This document shows positions 8,996 to 17,790 of a DNA stretch of 64,000 nt, in pieces (the first letter of the stretch is position 1; every line of letters begins with the position of its first letter). The notes beneath the pieces were generated by a model. It searched no databases. It saw only the letters and a program-made list of their open reading frames with translations, and was not told the origin of the DNA. Location of the stretch: positions 8 to 64,007 of the forward strand of contig JBELAO010000025.1 of NCBI GenBank assembly GCA_049508735.1, given 5' to 3'. Made by a program: the position numbers and the translations under genes. Source of the stretch: Bryobacteraceae bacterium (lineage in GTDB: Bacteria; Acidobacteriota; Terriglobia; Bryobacterales; Bryobacteraceae).

Positions 8996-10510
8996 GTGAT
9001 CGGACACCGTTTAACCCTGGTACTATTGCTCGCGGCCGCTCTCCTCCCCGCGCAAGATCTGAAGGAGTTCGAGAAAAAGGTCACGGAGTTCACCTTAGCC
9101 AATGGTCTACACTTCACCGTCGTGGAGCGTCACGAAGCCCCTGTCGTATCTTTCCACACCCTGGTAAACGCGGGCTCCGCGGACGACCCTTCCGGCGAAA
9201 CCGGCCTCGCCCACATGTTCGAACACATGGCCTTCAAGGGCACCGAGAGCATTGGCACCAACAACTGGCCTGCCGAGAAAAAGGCACTCCAGGATGTGGA
9301 AGACGTTTACGACCGGATGGAAGCCGAGCGCAACAAGGGGCCCAAGGCCGACCAAAGCAAGATCGGTTACCTCGGCATGCAACTCAAACAGGCGATCAAC
9401 GTGGCCCAATCCTACGTGGAGTCGAACGAGTACACGCGCATCATCGAGCAAAACGGCGGCGCCGGTCTGAACGCGGACACTTCCTTCGATTACACGGAGT
9501 ATTTCTATAGCCTCCCTTCCAACCGCATCGAGCTCTGGTTTTTGCTGGAATCGCAGCGCTTTCTGCGCCCGGTATACCGCGAGTTCTACCAGGAACGCGA
9601 CGTGGTGCAGGAGGAAAACCGCATGCGCAACCAGCCCGGTTCGCAGGGCCAGCTTTTGCGCGATTTCGTGGCTACCGCTTTCGCCGCCTTCCCGTACCGG
9701 AATCCGCCCGGCGGCTGGCCCAGCGACGTGGATAACCTGCGGCGCGGCATGGCGCAAGCGTTCTTCGACAAGTATTACGTGCCCGCTAATATCAATCTCG
9801 CCATCGTCGGCGACGTGGATCCGGCGCAGGCCCGGCGCCTGGCCGAGCGCTACTTCGGCCCTCTGCCGGCGCGTCCCCTGCCGCCGCTCGTTCACACCGT
9901 CGAGCCGGCCCAGGATGGTCCCAAGACCGTCGTCGTGGAGTCGCAGAGCCAACCGCTGTTCGTCGCCGGCTTCAAGCGGCCCGGCCAGGACGATGCGGAC
10001 GATCCGGTGTACGAGGTGATCTCGCTCATCCTCTCCGGCGGCCGCACCAGCCTGCTCTACAAGGAACTCGTGCAAGAGAAAAAGATCGCGGTCGAAGTGG
10101 ACGCGCTGGCGACTTACCCATCGTCGCGCTATCCGAACCTGTTCGTCGTCTTCGTGGCGCCCGCGGTGGGGCACACCGTGGAGGAAAACCAAAAGGCGCT
10201 GGAAGGCCTGCTGGCGGGCTTCGCGGCCCGGAAAATCGACGCGGAGACCTTGCAGCGTGTGAAAACCCAGGCTCGCGCGTCGGTGATTCGCCGCCTGGAC
10301 AGCAACTCCGGCCTGGCGTCCTTGCTGACGTCGTACTACGGCAGTTATGGGGACTGGCGGAAGCTGTTCACCCAGCTCGACGACTTGAACAAGGTTACGG
10401 CCGAAGATGTCGAGCGGGTGGCGAGCGGCTGTTTCGTCGCCAAGAACCGCACGGTGGCCTTCACCGTGGCGCCAAGTGCGCTCAGCCGCGGCGGGGAGGG
10501 CCGGCCATGA
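8996..10510 (+). CDS. M16 family (insulinase/pitrilysin-like) zinc peptidase, active subunit
   Basis: HxxEH zinc motif in GLAHMFEHMAFKGT. Signal-like N-terminus. GTG start preceded by AGGAG. Confidence 0.9.
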   Translation: MIGHRLTLVLLLAAALLPAQDLKEFEKKVTEFTLANGLHFTVVERHEAPVVSFHTLVNAGSADDPSGETGLAHMFEHMAFKGTESIGTNNWPAEKKALQDVEDVYDRMEAERNKGPKADQSKIGYLGMQLKQAINVAQSYVESNEYTRIIEQNGGAGLNADTSFDYTEYFYSLPSNRIELWFLLESQRFLRPVYREFYQERDVVQEENRMRNQPGSQGQLLRDFVATAFAAFPYRNPPGGWPSDVDNLRRGMAQAFFDKYYVPANINLAIVGDVDPAQARRLAERYFGPLPARPLPPLVHTVEPAQDGPKTVVVESQSQPLFVAGFKRPGQDDADDPVYEVISLILSGGRTSLLYKELVQEKKIAVEVDALATYPSSRYPNLFVVFVAPAVGHTVEENQKALEGLLAGFAARKIDAETLQRVKTQARASVIRRLDSNSGLASLLTSYYGSYGDWRKLFTQLDDLNKVTAEDVERVASGCFVAKNRTVAFTVAPSALSRGGEGRP

Positions 10511-10617
10511 GCAAATCGAGACCCGATATCGTCCGGACGCCGCTCGCCGACGTGGCTCTCCCCATAAGCGCAAGCTTAAGAGCTTCCCTAACGTTCCCTC
10601 TCTGGTCAATTCTCAAG

Positions 10618-10802
10618 CCCGGAGGGCGAAAGACAGTAGCCCACGGCGCGAGCCGTGGGTCCGAGGTACCCGAATACAGCCCCGGAACGGGGCGTAAGAA
10701 CTCAGTCGGCAGGGAGGCCTTTCGCCCCGTTCCGGGGCTTTCCGACCGTTCACCCGAATCCCAAGGCTTACGCCTTGGGCTACTGTCTTTCGCCCTTCGG
10801 GC
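10618..10802. repeat. Nested palindromic REP/MITE-like element (family E)
   Basis: 26-nt terminal inverted repeats: gcccggagggcgaaagacagtagccc (10618-10643) and gggctactgtctttcgcccttcgggc (10777-10802), one mismatch. Internal hairpins: cccacggcgcgagccgtggg, ccccggaacggggcg…cgccccgttccgggg and cccaaggcttacgccttggg. Confidence 0.8.
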
Positions 10803-10851
10803 TTGCCAGGTCAGTGTTACGTTAGCGCCTATGAGTGTGCCCCTTGGGCAC

Positions 10852-10934
10852 GGCTCCGAGCACCGTGGCGCGGCTTGCCCGTGCGCCATCCGGGGCCGTC
10901 AGGCCTGCGGAACCGAGAGTCATCTCGGCTTTTC
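10852..10934 (+). repeat. Interspersed repeat, family A copy (core ccgtggcgcggcttgcccgtgc.ccatccggggccgtc.ggcctgcgg)
   Basis: Near-identical cores occur at 17829-17890 (+), 54600-54668 (+) and 30811-30882 (-). An internally deleted copy lies at 29512-29561 (-). Confidence 0.85.
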
Positions 10935-10965
10935 TTCCGCCCGCGCGGGCGCGATTTTCAACGAA

Positions 10966-13131
10966 GTGATTTACCGGAAGCTCGCAATTCTGGCGCTGCT
11001 GGCCGCCGGTTGCGTGGCCGCCCAGGCGCCGTTGCCTCAGCAACCCGCGGCGGCGCCGCACAAGAGTGCTGCCGCCCAGGCGCCGAAGTCCGCGCCGCTG
11101 CCATCGTGGAAGGACCTCGTCTACCCGCCGCTCAACCCCGTCTCCATACCTAACGTCGAGACCATCACGCTGCCCAACGGCATGAAGCTTTATCTTCTCG
11201 AAGATCACGAACTGCCTCTGGTCCAAGGCGCGGCCCGCATCCGCACCGGCAACTTGTTCGATCCGCCGGAGAAGATCGGCCTGGCCACGCTGACCGGCGT
11301 GGTGCTGCGCACTGGCGGAACGCGCGCCGAGACGGGCGACCAGCTTGACGAGGAACTGGAGAACGTCGCCGCCAGCGTGGAAAGCGGCATCGACGAGGGG
11401 TTCGGCTCGGTGAGTTTCTCGTGTCTCAAGGAAAACCTGGACGAAGTCCTGACCCTCTTTCATGACGTGCTCACTCAGCCCGAATTCCGTCAGGACAAGC
11501 TCGATCTGGCCCGGACCGGGATGAGCGCCAGCATTGCCCGCCGCAACGACGAGCCCCAAGCGGTCGCCGAGCGCGAGTTCACCAATACGGTGTACGGCAA
11601 GAACACGCCGTACGGCTGGGACGATGAGTACGACACCATAAATCGCGTCACCCGCGCCGACCTGGCCGGCTTCTACCGCCGCTATTTCTTTCCCGCCAAC
11701 ACCATGCTGGCGGTCTGGGGCGATTTCAGCGCGCCGGAGATGAAGGCCCGCCTCGAGAAGCTGTTCGCCGATTGGACCGTCGGGCAGCCGCCCGTACCCG
11801 CCTTTCCTCCGGTTACCGCCAAACCCGCCGCGGGCACCTACCTGGCAGCTAAGTCCGACGTCACGCAGACGTTTTTTTCCATGGGGCAATTGGGCGGTGT
11901 GCTCAACGACAAGGATTATCCGGCGCTGGAAATCATGGCCGACATTTTGGGCGGCGGATTTCAGAGCCGCTTGTTCCGCAAGGTTCGCACCGAGATGGGC
12001 AACGCTTATGAGATCGAAGCCGATTGGGGCGCCAACTACGATCACCCGGGTTTGTTCACCATCTCGGGCAGCACCAAGTCGGTGTCCACCGTGGAAACGC
12101 TCCAGGCGATCCTCGCGGAAGTCGAGCGCATCCGTTCCACCGAAGTGAGCGAAGAGGAACTCAAGACCGCCAAGGATACCGCGCTCAACAGCCTGGTGTT
12201 CGCCTTCGATACGAAGGCCAAAACGTTGGGCCGCATCCTCAACTACGAGTATTATGGATACCCGCGCGATTTCATCCAGCAGTATCAGCGGGCGCTCGCC
12301 GCCGTGAGCCGCGCCGACGTGTTGCGCGTCGCCAAACAACACCTCACCCCGGCGGATTTCACCATCGTGGCCGTGGGCAATCCCGAGCAGTTCGGCCAGC
12401 CGCTTTCCAAGCTCGGCCGGCCTGTCATTCCCATCGACCTCACGATTCCCGATCCCAGGAAAGCGGAAGCGATCCATCCCGATACCGACAGCCTGGCGAA
12501 AGGCCGTGAAATTCTCGAGCGCGTGCAGCGCGCCGTGGGAGGCGCCGGCAAGCTGGCGGCGATCCAGGATTTTACCTTGACCCAGTCCGACCGCTTCGAT
12601 CCCAGCGCAGGGCGGTCCGACGCGAACGAGATCGATCGATGGATGGCCCCCGGTCATTTGCGGCAGGACAGCCGGGAGACCGGCGGGACGATCAGCACGT
12701 ACTGCGACGGCAAGCTCGGCTGGATTTCCAACCCGCGGGGCGCCGGGCCAATGAGGGGTTACCTTTTGCGGGCGATGCGCAACGAAGTGTTCCACGTCTA
12801 TTTCAGCCTGTTGCTGGCCGGCGAGGCGGGCACCAGCGTGGTCGCGGTGGACGACCACACGGTCGAGATCTCGGTTGGCGACGAGATCGCCCGTCTGGTG
12901 GTCGATCCGGCCACCGGGCTGCCGCGGCAACTGCTCTATGATGCGCCCCAGCCCAGCGGTCCGCCGCAAGCGATGGAAGAAGAGTATTCCGATTTTCGCG
13001 AGGTCAATGGAATCCAGGTGCCTTTTCACACGTCGTATCACCAGGGCGGCAAATATCTGGCGGAATCCACGATTAGCCAGCTCCAGGTCAATACCGGCCT
13101 CCATCTGGAGGATCTGGAACGGCGCCCATGA
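10966..13131 (+). CDS. M16 family peptidase, non-catalytic-type subunit, fused to a C-terminal LolA-like / lipoprotein-sorting-like domain
   Basis: Track ORF 10507..13131, but its first ~150 codons run through repeat elements. An in-frame GTG at 10966 gives VIYRKLAILALLAAGCVAAQAP (signal peptide). The M16 fold lacks HxxEH. The last ~240 aa (GREILERVQRAVGGAGKLAAIQDF…YSDFREVNGIQVPFH…) form an extra beta-rich module. Confidence 0.75.
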   Translation: MIYRKLAILALLAAGCVAAQAPLPQQPAAAPHKSAAAQAPKSAPLPSWKDLVYPPLNPVSIPNVETITLPNGMKLYLLEDHELPLVQGAARIRTGNLFDPPEKIGLATLTGVVLRTGGTRAETGDQLDEELENVAASVESGIDEGFGSVSFSCLKENLDEVLTLFHDVLTQPEFRQDKLDLARTGMSASIARRNDEPQAVAEREFTNTVYGKNTPYGWDDEYDTINRVTRADLAGFYRRYFFPANTMLAVWGDFSAPEMKARLEKLFADWTVGQPPVPAFPPVTAKPAAGTYLAAKSDVTQTFFSMGQLGGVLNDKDYPALEIMADILGGGFQSRLFRKVRTEMGNAYEIEADWGANYDHPGLFTISGSTKSVSTVETLQAILAEVERIRSTEVSEEELKTAKDTALNSLVFAFDTKAKTLGRILNYEYYGYPRDFIQQYQRALAAVSRADVLRVAKQHLTPADFTIVAVGNPEQFGQPLSKLGRPVIPIDLTIPDPRKAEAIHPDTDSLAKGREILERVQRAVGGAGKLAAIQDFTLTQSDRFDPSAGRSDANEIDRWMAPGHLRQDSRETGGTISTYCDGKLGWISNPRGAGPMRGYLLRAMRNEVFHVYFSLLLAGEAGTSVVAVDDHTVEISVGDEIARLVVDPATGLPRQLLYDAPQPSGPPQAMEEEYSDFREVNGIQVPFHTSYHQGGKYLAESTISQLQVNTGLHLEDLERRP

Positions 13132-13203
13132 AAACGGCTGCCGATCATCCGATGCGGAGAAGCGACGCGCACCAGTGGCGCAGGTCCCCGACCTGCGAAG
13201 GCC

Positions 13204-13354
13204 CGAAGGTAGGACAGACGATCGGTTTTTGTCGTCTGTCAACGCATCGCACTTTGGCGCGGCACGACAGACCGCCAAAGGCGATGGTCCGTCCTACCGC
13301 GAAGACGCGTCGAGAAGAGTCTCGACGCAGCACGCACGACTGCGTGCGCCACGG
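13204..13354. repeat. Repeat cluster: MITE-like family D (13204-13304) plus double-hairpin family C (13308-13354)
   Basis: Family D has terminal inverted repeats ggtaggacagac…gtccgtcctacc. A near-identical inverted copy lies at 54676-54772. Family C is gtcgagaagagtctcgac + gcacgcacgactgcgtgc + gccac, also found at 17893-17926, 42447-42495 and 54803-54849. Confidence 0.85.
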
Positions 13355-14153
13355 CGCCAAATGGCTTTTCTGCCTGCTAGCCTGTGCGACGCTGGCGGGC
13401 GGCCTCCGGGCTCAGGAGGAAACACGCCAGCAGCGCGGCAAGCGCGTGGTCTCGGAGGCTCTGGCCGCGCTCGGTGGCGACGCTTTCCTGCGCGTCGAGG
13501 ATCGCGTCGAGACCGGCCGCGCCTACTCTTTCTATAACGCGCAGCTTTCCGGGCTCTCCGTGGCCACCGTCTATACCCGCTATCTGGCGCCCGAGCCGGG
13601 CAAACTGGCCCAGCGCGAGCGCGAGAATTTCGGTAGGAAACAGGACGAAGGCTTTGTGTTGTTCAACGAAGGCGGCGCTTGGGAAGTGAACTACCATGGC
13701 GCTAAGCCGCTCGAGGATCAGCGGCTCAAGAACTACCGCGAAGGCGAACTGCTCAACATTCTGTACATCCTGCGCCAGCGGCTCTCCGAGCCTGGCCTTG
13801 CATTTTACTCGCAAGGCTCCGACGTGTTCGAGAATCAGCCGGTGGAAATCGTCGATATCACCGACGGCGACGGCCGCACCGTCACCGTCTACTTCAGCAA
13901 GTTCACCAGGCTCCCGCTGCGCCAGAGTTTTCGGCGCCGCAATCCGACTTATGGCGATTTCGACACCGAAGTGACGGCCTTCTCGAAGTACCACCCTACC
14001 GGTGGAATTCAGTGGCCCTATAATATCCGCCGCGAGCGCAACGGGGACAAGGTCTTCGAGATGTATTCGGAAACCGTGGAGATCAACCAGAGTCTCGGCG
14101 ATGAGTTGTTCACTTTGCCGCCCAACGTGAAGATGTTACCGAAGGACAAGTAG
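13344..14153 (+). CDS. Secreted LolA-like / lipoprotein-sorting-fold protein (stand-alone paralog-like module)
   Basis: Signal peptide KWLFCLLACATLAGGLRA. The layout is the same as the C-terminal domain of the preceding gene (ALAALGGDAFLRVED … FSKYHPTGGIQWPYN … LFTLPPN). The only usable starts, GTG 13344 or ATG 13284, lie inside repeat elements. Confidence 0.7.
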   Translation: MRHGAKWLFCLLACATLAGGLRAQEETRQQRGKRVVSEALAALGGDAFLRVEDRVETGRAYSFYNAQLSGLSVATVYTRYLAPEPGKLAQRERENFGRKQDEGFVLFNEGGAWEVNYHGAKPLEDQRLKNYREGELLNILYILRQRLSEPGLAFYSQGSDVFENQPVEIVDITDGDGRTVTVYFSKFTRLPLRQSFRRRNPTYGDFDTEVTAFSKYHPTGGIQWPYNIRRERNGDKVFEMYSETVEINQSLGDELFTLPPNVKMLPKDK

Positions 14154-14571
14154 CGCGGCGGGGAGGCGTGCCGGTTTCGAGCGCTTCGGTCACCGCCTCT
14201 GTCCAAACTTTTCCCCGCCCGTTTTCAATGGCTTGGCGCGCGGCGCTTTGCCGCCCGGCTTGCCGCGCCGGCTATTCTGAAATCGAAAAAGAGCTGCTCG
14301 CTCGCCAAGACGCAGCCCGTTTCGGAGCCACGTCCGGTGCCTATCCGCCTGCAGGGGGCAATTTGAAACCGGGTCGCGCGGTGCAACGTTCGCATAGGCG
14401 GCCACAGAGGCTTGTACTCCTCCTCGAGAGGAGAAAGGAACCGGTTCCTCGCAGCCCCGGCGCCCCGGTGCCGGCAATTACGCAACATCGCCTTGAAATA
14501 ACACCACGCAAATTACTTCCGAATACGCTCCCCGCCAGCGCGACTGCGTTAGCGGGCGTGACGAATGCCAG

Positions 14572-15387
14572 CTAGCGGTGGAGGATCTCCACCTTGGTCA
14601 CCAGCGTGGCGGCGGGCTTGCTCGAGCCGTTCACCACGTACACCGCGTGCTCCGGCTCATTCCTCGCCGCCGGTCCGGCAGCCCCTCTTACCGCAGCCGG
14701 GTGGGCCGCTGGCTTCGAAACCTGCCGGAATGGAAGCTCTCGCGTGCCAGACTCCTCGGCGATCTTCCCCACCGCGGAGTTGATGCGTCCGGCGGAGGCA
14801 ATCTGATTCGAGCCGGACGATGGTTGCGGCCGATCCCCCGGACCTTTTATGCTCTCGGACAATTCGTAAATGTCGCGGGGGTCCCTCGATAGCACCACGA
14901 ACAAGGTCTCCGTTCCGGGCGGATCGTCGATTTCAAAGCAGGCCCGCCTGGGCATCCGGACGATGCGGCCCGGGTCGATCCCGTTGCTCTGATCCGACAG
15001 TTCCGGCGTGGGGAAAAGCGGAACCCAGTCGCCGCTCGACTGTTTCGACAGCACATACAGATACCCGGACCGGTTCGCCTCCAGCTCGACGGCCACGCAA
15101 TCGCCTTTGTGGAAGTTACGCTCCGGATCCACCGCCTGCCCGCGGTCGCCCGGCGCGTTCACTAGCAACAGGTTGTACCGAAGCCCCAGATGGAGAGCGC
15201 CCAGCCCCGCCTGCGAGCCCGGCGCCGGAGCGGCCTTGGGGCGAACCGGAGGCAGTGCGTCCTTCGGCGCGGCGCCGGCGAAAAAAAGCTCGCGCGCGCC
15301 CTCCGCCGGCGGCTGTTGCGCCATCGAGGCAATTGCCCCGAGCGCCGTCATCAGGATCGGTAATCTTCGCATCCGTCTCCTCTCCAT
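14572..15387 (-). CDS. DUF4384 domain-containing secreted protein
   Basis: Start taken at MERRRMRRLPILMTALGAIASMA (ATG 15387; alternative ATG 15372). The segment FHKGDCVAVELEANRSGYLYVLSKQSSGDWVPLFP…TLFVVLS is the typical DUF4384 pattern. Divergent from a Ser/Thr kinase. Confidence 0.75.
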   Translation of the reverse strand: MERRRMRRLPILMTALGAIASMAQQPPAEGARELFFAGAAPKDALPPVRPKAAPAPGSQAGLGALHLGLRYNLLLVNAPGDRGQAVDPERNFHKGDCVAVELEANRSGYLYVLSKQSSGDWVPLFPTPELSDQSNGIDPGRIVRMPRRACFEIDDPPGTETLFVVLSRDPRDIYELSESIKGPGDRPQPSSGSNQIASAGRINSAVGKIAEESGTRELPFRQVSKPAAHPAAVRGAAGPAARNEPEHAVYVVNGSSKPAATLVTKVEILHR

Positions 15388-15416
15388 CGTGCGTTTCGTT
15401 TCATCCGCATCCGAAC

Positions 15417-15521
15417 GGAGCCGCGACCGAAGGGAGCGGTCGGGCCTGACACTCGAACTCAGCCTCGCAAACGCCTTCTCATCGACGATGCACGCCGGCC
15501 GCTCCCTCTGGTCGCGGCTCC
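15417..15521. repeat. Inverted pair of family B repeats (gagccgcgacc…gggagcgg) in a divergent promoter region
   Basis: ggagccgcgaccgaagggagcgg (15417-15439) matches the reverse complement of ccgctccctctggtcgcggctcc (15499-15521) at 21 of 23 positions. The same motif occurs at 17791-17838 (tandem) and 62642-62667. Confidence 0.75.
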
Positions 15522-15638
15522 GGTTGGCGCCTTCATGTTGTCTCATCCGCGCCCGAAAGCTGTTATGGTATAGTATCGAAAATCGCAGACACACGGGAGA
15601 CCCCGTGATCGGAGCTGCCGGCGATTTCTCTCACACTG

Positions 15639-17309
15639 ATGATGCAACTGCCAGCCCGGCTCGGCAAGTACAAGCTGCAGGAATTCCTCGGCGGCGGGAT
15701 GTCGCACGTCTACCGGGCCTTCGATACGGTCATCGGACGCACCGTGGCGGTGAAGATTCTGGTTGAGCCGGCATCGCAGGATCCCGATGCCCGCGACCGC
15801 TTCCTGGCCGAGGCGCAAACCGCCGCCAAGGTCACCCACGAAAACGTCATCAGCATTTACGATTTCGGCACCGACCCGGAGATGGGCGAGTTCATGGTGA
15901 TGGAGTTCCTGCAGGGCGAAGACCTGCGCCACGCCATCAAGAACGGCCATACCGGCGACTTGCGCGGCAAACTGCGAATCGCGCTGCAGATTGCCCGCGC
16001 TCTCGAGTTCACTCACAGGAACCGGATCATCCATCGCGACATCAAGCCGGAGAACGTTCACATCAACTCGGCCGGCGTGGTCAAGCTGATGGATTTCGGA
16101 ATCGCCAAGAGCGAGGACCTTTCGCGCACACAGCCGGGCTATGTGCTCGGGACGCCCTACTATATGGCGCCTGAACAGGTCCGCGGCGAGCTGCTCACCG
16201 GCCTGGTGGACGTCTACGCCTTCGGGGTTCTGCTGTTTGAACTGTTGACGGGGCAGAAGGTTTTCGTGGCGGATTCGGTGGACCAGATCTTCTACAGCAT
16301 TCTGAATGTCCCCGTGGACGTGACGCCGTTGCGGAATGCGGGTGTTCCCGAACCGGTCATCCAATTGGTGGTGGCCTGCAACGCGAAGGTGCCGGCGGAA
16401 CGGCCGGAGGGTTTTCCTCCCATCATCGCCGAGCTGGAGCGCATGATCGCCGGCCTGTCGGGCGAGGCGCCGGCCGCGGAGCTCCCGCCGCCCGCCCCCC
16501 CGCTGCCAGCCCCTCCACCGCGAAAAAACCGCACTCCCATGCTGGCGGCTCTGGCGGCGCTGCTGCTGATAGGGATGATTGGCGGATACTTTGCCTTCAG
16601 AGCGGCGGCTTCCAGGGCGGTGGAACTGGCCAGCAGCATATCCACTCCCACCGGTGAGATGGTGCTGGTGCCGGCCGGACAGTTCCTTTACGGAGAGAAC
16701 AAGCAGCCCGCGTCTCTTCCCGCATTCTACATGGACAAAACCGAAGTCAGCAACGCGGCGTATGCCCGTTTCTGCCGGGCGACGAACCGGCCGCTCCCCG
16801 AGCACTTTCCCAGCGTCCGGCCGGAGCTTCCGGTCGTCTTCGTGAACATCGATGACGCACGCGAATTTGCCAGATGGGCGGGCAAGCGGCTGCCGACCGA
16901 CATGGAGTGGGAAAAAGCCGCGCGGGGCACCGACGGCCGCACCTACCCGTGGGGCAACACGAGTGAAACCTCGCGGGCCAATACGAACAACACGGGCAAG
17001 TTCCTGCCGGACAGCGCCGATCTGCTGCTGGCGGTCGACAGTTTCCCGTCCGGCGCCAGCCCATACGGCGCTTTGCAGATGGTCGGCAACGCCTGGGAGT
17101 TGGTGGACAAGCGGCGCGCGCCTCCCTCGGACCCAAGTCCGTTCAAGAGCCTGAAGCCGCCCATGCAGCCAGGCGAAGCGTGGTATATGATTCGCGGCGA
17201 GTCCGCCTGGGAATCCCTGGTGGACAACGCGATCTGGGATTCGAACGCGGTTCCCGAACGCTGGAAGGATCTTCGGATAGGATTTCGCTGCGCGAAAGAT
17301 GCGAAGTAA
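15639..17309 (+). CDS. Ser/Thr protein kinase fused to a C-terminal FGE-sulfatase (SUMF1-like) domain
   Basis: Kinase motifs GGGMSHVYRA, VAVK, HRDIKPENV, DFGIAK and APE. A TM segment (MLAALAALLLIGMIGGYFAF) follows. The extracytoplasmic part has MVLVPAGQFLYG…FYMDKTEVSNAAYARF…RLPTDMEWEKAARGTDGRTYPWGN. Confidence 0.9.
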   Translation: MMQLPARLGKYKLQEFLGGGMSHVYRAFDTVIGRTVAVKILVEPASQDPDARDRFLAEAQTAAKVTHENVISIYDFGTDPEMGEFMVMEFLQGEDLRHAIKNGHTGDLRGKLRIALQIARALEFTHRNRIIHRDIKPENVHINSAGVVKLMDFGIAKSEDLSRTQPGYVLGTPYYMAPEQVRGELLTGLVDVYAFGVLLFELLTGQKVFVADSVDQIFYSILNVPVDVTPLRNAGVPEPVIQLVVACNAKVPAERPEGFPPIIAELERMIAGLSGEAPAAELPPPAPPLPAPPPRKNRTPMLAALAALLLIGMIGGYFAFRAAASRAVELASSISTPTGEMVLVPAGQFLYGENKQPASLPAFYMDKTEVSNAAYARFCRATNRPLPEHFPSVRPELPVVFVNIDDAREFARWAGKRLPTDMEWEKAARGTDGRTYPWGNTSETSRANTNNTGKFLPDSADLLLAVDSFPSGASPYGALQMVGNAWELVDKRRAPPSDPSPFKSLKPPMQPGEAWYMIRGESAWESLVDNAIWDSNAVPERWKDLRIGFRCAKDAK

Positions 17310-17330
17310 ACAGGCAGCGGTGGAGGTAAG

Positions 17331-17771
17331 TTGGCCAAAATATCGTTGAGCAAGAGAATCGATGCCACCAAGCTCCACCCGCGGACTCTGGCGCCCGTTG
17401 CCGGCCCGGAAGTGAACATTCCGTTCGGAGCGCTGGTGGAATCGATCGGCGGCGATCACGATCGTGTGAGGTTTCTCTTCCTGGGCGAGCCGTATTCGGT
17501 GCGCCGCGAAGTGTTCCTGGATGCCGCCGGACCAGACGAGGCAGCTCAGGCGCCGGCCGCCGCGCCGGCGGCGGTTGCAACGCCTGCGGAGCCGGAACCG
17601 GTCGCCGCACCCGCTGCCCAGGAGCCCGCGCTGCGGTTCGAACGGTTGGACGCTGGCGGCTATGCCGTGGCGCGCGCCAAGGTTCCCGGCGGATGGCTGG
17701 TAGCCAGCGGCGCCAGTGTAACGTTCTACCCCGATCCGGAACACGGCTGGGACGGCGCGTCGCTCGAGTGA
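17331..17771 (+). CDS. Small hypothetical protein with an Ala/Pro-rich linker
   Basis: TTG start 8 nt after GGTGGAGG, 22 nt downstream of the kinase stop. Two short folded-looking ends are joined by AAQAPAAAPAAVATPAEPEPVAAPAAQEP. Confidence 0.5.
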   Translation: MAKISLSKRIDATKLHPRTLAPVAGPEVNIPFGALVESIGGDHDRVRFLFLGEPYSVRREVFLDAAGPDEAAQAPAAAPAAVATPAEPEPVAAPAAQEPALRFERLDAGGYAVARAKVPGGWLVASGASVTFYPDPEHGWDGASLE

Positions 17772-17790
17772 GCGCTCGTCCGTAAACACT

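Noticed and set aside
14154-14571. 418-bp gap with small palindromes (ctcctcgagaggag, ggaaccggttcc); possible riboswitch or sRNA.
   Set aside because: I could not recognise any conserved riboswitch core, promoter or terminator by eye. The evidence is too weak to report as a feature.
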